Of a DNA stretch of 64,000 nucleotides, positions 57,459 to 64,000 are shown one piece after another. The stretch spans positions 21,316 through 85,315 of the forward strand of contig CAWJRI010000015.1 of assembly GCA_963845175.1 (NCBI GenBank). Reading direction: 5' to 3'. Made by a program: the position numbers and the translations under genes. Position 1 is the stretch's first letter, and each line of letters opens with the position of its first letter. The notes beneath the pieces were generated by a model. The model worked only from the letters and a program-made list of their open reading frames with translations, did no database searches and was not told the origin of the DNA. Source of the stretch: an uncultured archaeon (GTDB lineage: Archaea > Nanobdellota > Nanobdellia > Woesearchaeales > CAIVOO01).

Positions 57459-57847
57459 ATGGCAATCTCACAAGGAAGGGCAAAAAGAAGCAACACAGGG
57501 AAAAGATACAAGTTTTTCAGAGTCTAAAAAAACTGAACGAGCTTGGAAGAAAGCCTTCTTTAACAATCGTAAATGAAAAGCAGCTTCAGATAATAAGAAC
57601 AAGAGGCGGAAACAGGAAATACAGGCTTCTCATGGCGGACACTGCAAATGTCTATGACAAGAAAACAAAGAAATTTTACAAGACAAAGATAAAAAATGTT
57701 GCTGAAAACCCTGCAAACAGGCATTATGTCAGGCGAAACATAATGACAAGAGGCGCGATAATTGAGACAGAAAAAGGCAAAGCAGTTGTCACGTCAAGGC
57801 CTGGGCAGGACGGGACAGTGAACGCCGTGCTCATCCTTGAGAAATGA
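57459..57847 (+). CDS. rps8e: 30S ribosomal protein S8e (eS8), split by a frameshift in a T5 run at 57513-57517
   Basis: N-terminus '[19 protein letters not shown]' in one frame; '[36 protein letters not shown]...[43 protein letters not shown]' in the +2 frame (listed ORF 57632..57847). Confidence 0.7.
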
Positions 57848-57889
57848 ACAAAAGCGAAGATCTTCTGAAATTATACAGGATTTCAAAAT

Positions 57890-58237
57890 ATGATTCTCCT
57901 TCCAAATGATAGAGCGGAGCAGCGCGCTATTGTCAAGCTGTTCTATGATTACATAAAAGCTCCAAAAGGATCCGTTCCTGTGGAGGACGCAAGCGAGGGA
58001 AGAATCTATCATGTCGCAATAAGAATGCTGCAGAAGGCATGGAAAAAGGCAGACGAGTTTTCTGCGCTTGAAAAGGAGATTTTAGATTCAGTTTTGTTTT
58101 TCAGAAAAAACAAGGATGATGTCGAGCAGGCTGAAAAGCTCTGCGTAAGGCTTGAAGGAATCGGCAATGATATAAGCGAAGAATCAGGCTTGCGGCAGAG
58201 TCGATATTCAGAGATTAAAGTTCAAATTCTCCAATAA
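57890..58237 (+). CDS. Hypothetical protein
   Basis: 115-aa ORF. Confidence 0.3.
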   Translation: MILLPNDRAEQRAIVKLFYDYIKAPKGSVPVEDASEGRIYHVAIRMLQKAWKKADEFSALEKEILDSVLFFRKNKDDVEQAEKLCVRLEGIGNDISEESGLRQSRYSEIKVQILQ

Positions 58238-58499
58238 AACCCACTATTAATTTATATTTCTCAAGAAACTTGAATCCCTTGTCAGCAAGCGTCACATACT
58301 TTTTGCCGTGCTCATCGACAATTTCCCGGATAAATTCTTTTGAAATTAGTTCTTTGTAATACTCGGAAAAGCTGTTTGAAGACAGGCCAGAACGCCTCAA
58401 AAGCGGAGTAGGCCTAATAGAATTATGATGTTCGCTGATTTCCTTGAGTATGTCAAATATAACCTCTAATCGCTCCCTTTTTTTAGTCATTTTATCCAC
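58215..58499 (-). CDS. Winged-helix transcriptional regulator (small archaeal wHTH)
   Basis: 94 aa; 'LEVIFDILKEISEH...KELISKEFIREIVDEHGKKYVTLADKGFKFL' wHTH-like; overlaps downstream membrane protein start. Confidence 0.4.
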   Translation of the reverse strand: MDKMTKKRERLEVIFDILKEISEHHNSIRPTPLLRRSGLSSNSFSEYYKELISKEFIREIVDEHGKKYVTLADKGFKFLEKYKLIVGFIGEFEL

Positions 58500-59149
58500 T
58501 TTAGAATCTTGTGATAAATTATAACAAACACTATAAGCGAAACAGCCTCGAAGAAGATATCAAGACCAGAAGAAAACGGCTTCCTTCTGTCAATGACAAA
58601 AAGATTCAGCAGCCAAAGCCCGGAAACCAGGAGATACAGCAACTTTGTTTTTGACACTTTTTTTCTTCCTATGTGCATAACAAAGCTCAACACAACCGCA
58701 ACAGCCAGAAGAATGCACTGCAGGTAGATAATCATCATGTGAGACCCGGTGATAAATGAAATTGCAGACAGCAAAACTGCGATGCAGTGCCCGAAAATAA
58801 GCATATTTCTGTTGTTGAACTTTTTCCAGATCAGGCTGAATATTAAATAAAATATTCCTATTGTGCTGAAATACCCCAAAAAAAAGATAAAGAACGGAGC
58901 GAAAATTTCCCTCGGCGAAATAAAATTGAATATAATTGTTGAAAAGAAAACAAGGCTGAAAAAAAATCTCAGCACATAGGACAGCCCAAAAAAGAGGAAT
59001 GCGTCACGAAAATACCCAATTCCCTTGTATTTGGTAAGGTCATAGCTTTCTTTTGTTTTAAAATAAATCAAAAAGCAGAAAATTACGACTGCAAGCGTGA
59101 AAATAGGCTCTACAATTAAAATATGCGGGTCAAAAAAGTGCGGCGGCAT
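58487..59149 (-). CDS. Polytopic membrane protein (6 TM), unknown
   Basis: 220 aa; last clearly AT-rich-type gene before composition break. Confidence 0.3.
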   Translation of the reverse strand: MPPHFFDPHILIVEPIFTLAVVIFCFLIYFKTKESYDLTKYKGIGYFRDAFLFFGLSYVLRFFFSLVFFSTIIFNFISPREIFAPFFIFFLGYFSTIGIFYLIFSLIWKKFNNRNMLIFGHCIAVLLSAISFITGSHMMIIYLQCILLAVAVVLSFVMHIGRKKVSKTKLLYLLVSGLWLLNLFVIDRRKPFSSGLDIFFEAVSLIVFVIIYHKILKWIK

Positions 59150-59680
59150 TGTTGTTTCCTTTATATTATTTTATTTGGAAATATTTATATATAATGTGGA
59201 CTTTAAATACACTTTATTTATAAACACTAGCTAAAATAACAATCATATGGCCAAAAATATACAATCTGATGCCGGAGGGATCACTCGTGATTTCCCAGGA
59301 TCCGTGCATGTGGATGCTGCAAGGGATCAATGCCTCACAGTTCTTCACCATCGACCACATGGTTCGCGAGGAAATGCGCGAGCTGGCGAATCAATACCCG
59401 GGCGGCGTCTATGTCCACTGGGGGCTTCTGGAATAATGCCGAGCCCGGCATCGCTGAGTCCACCGCCCGGCTTCTGGCCGAGACCAAGGCAACCGAGATC
59501 GCGCGGTTGCAGTGCCAGGCTTACAAACTCGCGCTCTTTCGCATCGACACGCCCGAGGCATTCGCCCGCTTCGGCGGCAAGACCGCCCGTCAACCAGCGA
59601 CGCGATACCGACCTGGACAGCCACCTCGCGCGGGCCCGCGCCGGACTCGCGCCGGCCGGGGCCGCGTCCCCACCCGGCCC

Positions 59681-60821
59681 ATGAGCACCCTTTACTCCTG
59701 GAGCCGTCTTGCGCTGCGCACCGCCGCCGCCGCCACAGGGATCGAGGGCCGGCCCACCAAGCTCATCTTCATCGTCACCAAGCGCTGCTACTCGCGCTGC
59801 GTCTACTGCGACATCTGGAAGATCAAGGACACGCCCGGCGGGCTCGACGGCGAGCTCTCGCTGGACGAGGTGCAGGCCATCGCGGCCGCCAACCCGTATC
59901 TTCAGTGGATCGATTTCACGGGCGGGGAGCCGACCGACCGGCCGGATTTTCCGCAGGTGGTGCAGGCCTTCGCCCGCGCCTGCCCCGATCTGCTCCTCGT
60001 GCATTTTCCCACCAACGGCATCGCCACCAAACGGATCGAGCAGATGGCGGCGGAAATCCAGCAGACGGTGCGGGCCCGCCTGGTGGTGTCCGTTTCCATT
60101 GACGGCCCGCCCGAGCTCAACGACCGCCTCCGCGGCGTCCGCAACGATTTCGAGCATGCCGTGGACACCTTCGCGGCGGTTCGCCGCCTGCTCGGGCCGG
60201 ACAATGCCTTCATCGGCATGACGCTGCATGGACACCAGGCGTCCTGCGGGCACACCACCTCCGAATTGATCGAGCTTACCTTCGCCGCCATCAACGAGGC
60301 GTTGCAGGCGCGATCCGAAGCCGCCCTCAGCTGGAGCGAATTCCACCTCAACATTCCGCACCTTTCCCAGCACTACTACGGCAACACGGGGAGCGAGGCG
60401 AAGGACGGCTTCGGCGGCGCGGCCCACCGCGCCGAGATGATGGCGGCCTTGAAACTGGCGGCGGCGAAAACCGGAAGCCGCGCCTGGTCGGCGATGGGCG
60501 CCATCGAGCGCATTTACCGCGCCGAGGCCGGCCGATATCTCGCCGACGGGCCGGACTTCCATCACCTGCGCGGCCCTGCTCTCGACCGTCTACCTTTCGG
60601 AAAAAGGCGAGGTCTACCCCTGCACGATCTGGAATCGTCCGCTCGGGAACGTGCGCACCACCGCCTTCGCGCTGATGCCGATCATCGAAGCCGCCCGCCG
60701 CGACGGCGTGCGCCGGGCCGTCGCCGAGCAGAAATGCCCGAATTGCTGGACGCCCTGCGAAGCCTATCCCGCCATTGGCGCCTCGCCGGTGCGCTCGCTG
60801 CTGGCGTTGTCCCGCGGCTGA
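59681..60821 (+). CDS. Radical SAM protein (bacterial-type), with an internal frameshift near 60,540-60,575
   Basis: 'TKRCYSRCVYCDIW' CxxxCxxC; 'IDFTGGEPT'; C-terminal part 'TCAALLSTVYLSEKGEVYPCTIWNRPLGNV...CPNCWTPCEAY' is in the +1 frame. Confidence 0.5.
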
Positions 60822-60845
60822 TGATTTGCAACCACCCACCTGCTT

Positions 60846-62974
60846 ATGACCACCTCCAATCGCTTCCACCCGCTGATGATCCGGGCCCTCCCCAACCTGA
60901 TCATCACCGCCGTGCCGCTGGCCGCCTTCCTCGCCTTTGCCATCCAGCCGCTGATGGGCAAGCAGCTCCTGCCGATTTATGGCGGCACCTCCGCCACCTG
61001 GCTGGGGACCATGCTTTATTTCCAGCTGGCGCTCCTGCTCGGCTACGCCTGGGCCGCCTGGCTGGTGCGCAAGCGAGCCCAGGTCCAGGTCAGCGCGACC
61101 GTGGTGCTGGCGCTCCTGGCGGTGCTGACGTTTCATCTGCCCTCCGGACAGACCGACACCACGCCCAGCATCGTGCACCGTCGTCTGGCGCCTCGCCGTC
61201 AGCACCCTGCCGGCCATGGTGTTATTGTTCAGCACTGTCGCCCCTCCTGCATGGCTGGCTGCGGCGACGCGGACAGGAAGTGCCGTACTACCTCTACGCC
61301 ATTTCCAATGCCGGCAGCCTGGCGGCCGTCCTGCTCTATCCGTTTGTGATCGAGCCCAGCCTGCGGGTCCCGGAGCAGACGTTCTACTGGCACGGCCTGC
61401 TGGCCATTGTCGCCGGCCTGCTCGCCGCTGGCCGGCTATATCATCCTGCGCACTTCCACCGACGCGGACGACCGACTGGCCCCCGATGGTCCCGCCGAAT
61501 CCCTGGCACCCGGCCTCGTCGCCATCTGGCTTGGTCTCAGCGCGCTGACTTGCATCGGCATGCTGGGCGCCACCTACCATCTCGCCTCGGAAATCGGCTC
61601 GAACCCGATCGCCTGGGTGGGACCTTTCGGCGCTTATCTGCTCAGCTTCACCTTCACGTTTTCCGAGCGCTGGCGCCACTGGATGACGAAGACAACCATC
61701 GTCTGGCTGGCGATCAGCCTCGCCGGCTATATGGTGACCAAGGGGTTTACGGCCGCCACGGTCAACGCCCGGACCGCTTGGTGGCTGATCTCGCTGACTG
61801 CCAGCGGCAGCTTTCTGGGCAACGCCTTGCTGCACAGCTTCCGACCCGCCCGGCGTTTTGAAATCTATTACCTCGATCCTGGCGGCCGGCGGCGTGCTCG
61901 GCGGCCTGCTCTCCGTCATGGTCATCCCCCACCTGTTCGCCCGACCCGTCGAGTTTATCTTCGCTTCCGTGGCGCTGCTGACGGTCGGTATGCTTTGGCT
62001 CACTGGCCGCCGCGAACCCAGCATCGCGTTCATCATGGCCTCTGTCCTGCTCGCTCCCGTGATCGGCTTCGGCATCCAGCAGGCCAGACTCGAGACTGCC
62101 GATGGCGCGCGCGTCCACCACATCCGCGATCTCTACGGGCATATCATGATCACGCTGAATTCCAAGAATCCGCAGAGCGTCGTCCTCTCCAGCGATACGA
62201 CCACCCACGGCTCGCAGCTGACCGCCGATGCGGCAGCCCGGCGTCGACCCACGCTCTATTATCACGGAAAGCACCGGCGTCGGTCGCGTCCTCGAGCGCC
62301 TGCAGGCTGAGCGGCCGGCCATGCGCGTCGGCGTGATCGGTCTCGGGGCCGGCATCCTTTCCGCCTACGCCCGCAAGGGCGATACCTACGATTTTTGGGA
62401 CATCGATCCGAAGGTCATTCGCGTCGCCCGTGAATACTTCACCTTTGTCGCCGAGTCGGCCGGCCAGATCAACCTCATCCAGCGCGACGGCCGCAAGGCG
62501 CTCGAAGAGTCCCGCTCCGAGTATGACGTCCTGGTCTTGGACGCGTTCACCGGTGACGGCATCCCCTCCCACCTGCTCACGCGCGAGGCCATCGCCCTTT
62601 ACCAGCGCCGGCTCGCCGCGCGCGACGGTCTGCTGGTCGTCCACGCGTCGACCCGTTATTCCAGGTTATTCCCCGTCGTGGAAGCCACCGCGCGATCGTT
62701 GGGGAGCTCCACCATCGATGTGACCACCGACATCAAGGCATCAACCAATGATCGTGACTGGGATCCCACCCACACGGAGTACCTCATCGTCTGCCCGACC
62801 GCGCGCACGAAGGACATTTCCGGCTGGTTCGCCGAAGAGGAGGACAAAGGCCGGGTCAAGCACACGGTCACCACCGTGCAGGCGCCCTTGATCAATACGC
62901 AGTTGATCTGGAGCGACGACCGGAATGCGGCGCTCGACACGCTGGACCTGGGCCGGTTTCTTTTTGAACCATGA
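60846..62974 (+). pseudogene. Fused MFS-like membrane domain / spermidine-synthase-like (polyamine aminopropyltransferase family) gene broken into at least 4 frames
   Basis: N-terminal TM segments ('AFLAFAIQPLMGKQLLPIYGGTSATWLGTMLYFQLALLLGYAWAAW'), further TM blocks in ORFs 61407 and 61858, C-terminal 'VIGLGAGILSAY...YDVLVLDAFTGDGIPSHLLTREA' AdoMet-MTase/SpeE-like fold in 62228..62974. Confidence 0.45.
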
Positions 62975-63169
62975 CGGAGACTCCGGTCAGCATTGACGTG
63001 TCGCGTCCATTGGAAGGAAGGCCCATCATTGAGGAGCCGGCATTCCAACGCCGAATCGCTCCGCGCCACGAGAAACCGGCCGTCGACTTCCCCGGCTTCG
63101 TGCATCTTGCAGCTACAATTGATCGGATCAGTCACGACGTTTGAAAACACCGCCCAAGTCCGATCGAAT

Positions 63170-64000
63170 CGACAGTCCCTCCCGCGGGCGCGTGTCGCCC
63201 GGCGTTTTCCGCCGGAAGGCGCGCCGTCTTCTGGCGCTACCTCGCGCTGATCCTCATCGCCAAAGTTCTCCTGGAAGTGTTCTTCTTCATTGGCGTGGCC
63301 CGGCAATATGGCGAGGAGGATATTTTTGTGTCGCTGGCGCTGCCATCGAAGGGAGCGCCAGGAGAAACTATTGGCATCACATTGCGGCAATTCAAGGAAC
63401 CGTTTCCAACTGGGCCGAGTGGAAAGGGAGATCCCTCGGACATGTATCCGTTTCGGATCGCCGCGCTTTACCCGAACATTTTATTCATGCAGGTGTTTGG
63501 GGCTTCGGAACGTCGTTGACGCTGTGGACCGCACTCACCGGGATCGGGACCGTTTTGCTGGTGGCGCTCATCGGAAGGTCACTCGTTGATGCACGGACCG
63601 GACTCTTCAGCGCCGCCGTGCTGGCGCTCATCCCGGGGCACATTCTCTATTCCGCCCGGGTCGACACCGATATGCCGCAGCTCTTTTTCATGTGCCTCGG
63701 CATATTCTGCCTCATCCTGGCGTTGCAGGCGGCCACAAGCCGGCAGCAGCTGACATTCGCCGCGGCCAGTGGATTGTCTTTCGGCTTCCTGTATCTCTCG
63801 AAATTGCTGCTGGCTTTTCTGGTGCTGGGCTGGGCCATCCTCGTTCCCTTTTTGCTGGCCGCGCTGCGGCGACAAGGAGACGATCCTGGCGCCCAGAAAC
63901 AGGCTGCGGCAGGCGATGTTGATTTCGGCGGTGTTGCTGGGCGGCTTCGCCTTGGTTTTTGCGGCGGAAAACTGCGACTACTACTTTTTGTCCGGCCACT
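63170..64000 (+). CDS. ArnT/GT39-family glycosyltransferase, 5' partial at window end, frameshifted near 63,490
   Basis: 'NYWHHIAAIQGTVSNWAEWKG' then 'GIGTVLLVALIGRSLVDARTGLFSAAVLALIPGHILYSARVDTDMPQLFFMCLGIFCLILA' typical ArnT/PMT N-terminal region. Confidence 0.45.

Larger units (their letters stand above)
59260..64000. other. High-GC segment of foreign (bacterial-like) composition, probable chimeric join or foreign DNA
   Basis: Abrupt switch from roughly 34% to roughly 66% GC (by eye) within about 30 nt near 59,260-59,290; codon usage changes to GC3-rich; genes are bacterial-type. Confidence 0.7.

Noticed and set aside
59247-59684. 145-aa ORF straddling the compositional breakpoint (MAKNIQSD...)
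   Set aside because: It starts in AT-rich DNA and continues as Arg/Pro/Ala-rich translation of GC-rich sequence. An alternative frame ends '...MREEMRELANQYPGGVYVHWGLLE*', looking like a truncated C-terminus of a foreign gene. No coherent protein results.
59330-61861. 843-aa ORF spanning the GC-rich segment
   Set aside because: It is read-through in GC-rich DNA, where stop codons are rare. Only the part from 59681 (MSTLYSW...) carries real radical SAM motifs. The rest is Arg/Pro/Ala-rich low-complexity translation of other genes' alternative frames.
60348-62123. 591-aa minus-strand ORF in the GC-rich segment
   Set aside because: It is antisense to the SpeE-like and radical SAM genes and is extremely Arg/Gly/Pro/Ala-rich with no motifs. 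This is the typical spurious long ORF seen on the opposite strand of high-GC coding DNA.
1-64000. CRISPR arrays, transposases, integrases or prophage genes
   Set aside because: Scanned the intergenic regions (17.2-17.4 kb, 19.6-19.8 kb, 36.2-36.8 kb, 52.8-52.9 kb) for direct repeats and looked for transposase/integrase motifs. Nothing found beyond the intein homing endonuclease.

Overview
Most of the window (1 to about 59,260) is AT-rich archaeal chromosome, roughly 33-35% GC by eye. The gene content suggests a DPANN-like lineage: archaeal RNAP subunits N and D, r-proteins L18e, L37e, S8e and L13, an Sm protein, NAC-alpha, Sec61-beta, an AglB (Stt3) oligosaccharyltransferase, SRP RNA and RNase P RNA, intron-containing tRNAs and a stand-alone 5S rRNA. 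It also carries a bacterial-style DNA gyrase and an ScpB homologue with a candidate ScpA partner.

The first 26 kb is a dense protein/lipid glycosylation island. It holds AglB, several GT-C membrane glycosyltransferases, Dol-P-type GT2s, an ArnE/F-like small-flippase pair, two GT9 heptosyltransferase-like genes, a GmhA plus heptose-7-P kinase plus nucleotidyltransferase heptose pathway, methyltransferases, a Wzx flippase, a GT4 and an epimerase. A CDP-alcohol phosphotransferase and LicC-like nucleotidyltransferase pair sits in the same island.

The middle of the window is housekeeping: a S13-S4-S11-RpoD-tRNA-L18e-L13-S9-RpoN-LeuRS operon, MinD, TrpRS, a presenilin-like protease, and a GyrA gene interrupted by a 469-aa intein carrying an HNH nuclease and a basic tandem-repeat array.

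Three unannotated small genes (Sec61-beta, L37e, a zinc-ribbon sORF) and three structured RNAs (5S, SRP RNA, RNase P RNA) are not in the ORF track. The Sm and S8e genes carry single-base homopolymer frameshifts, which argues for indel errors in the assembly.

From about 59,260 to the end the composition jumps to very GC-rich, about 66% by eye. This stretch encodes frameshifted bacterial-type genes: a radical SAM, a fused MFS/spermidine-synthase-like protein and an ArnT/GT39-like protein. It is most likely a chimeric contig join or foreign DNA.

No CRISPR array, transposase or integrase was seen.
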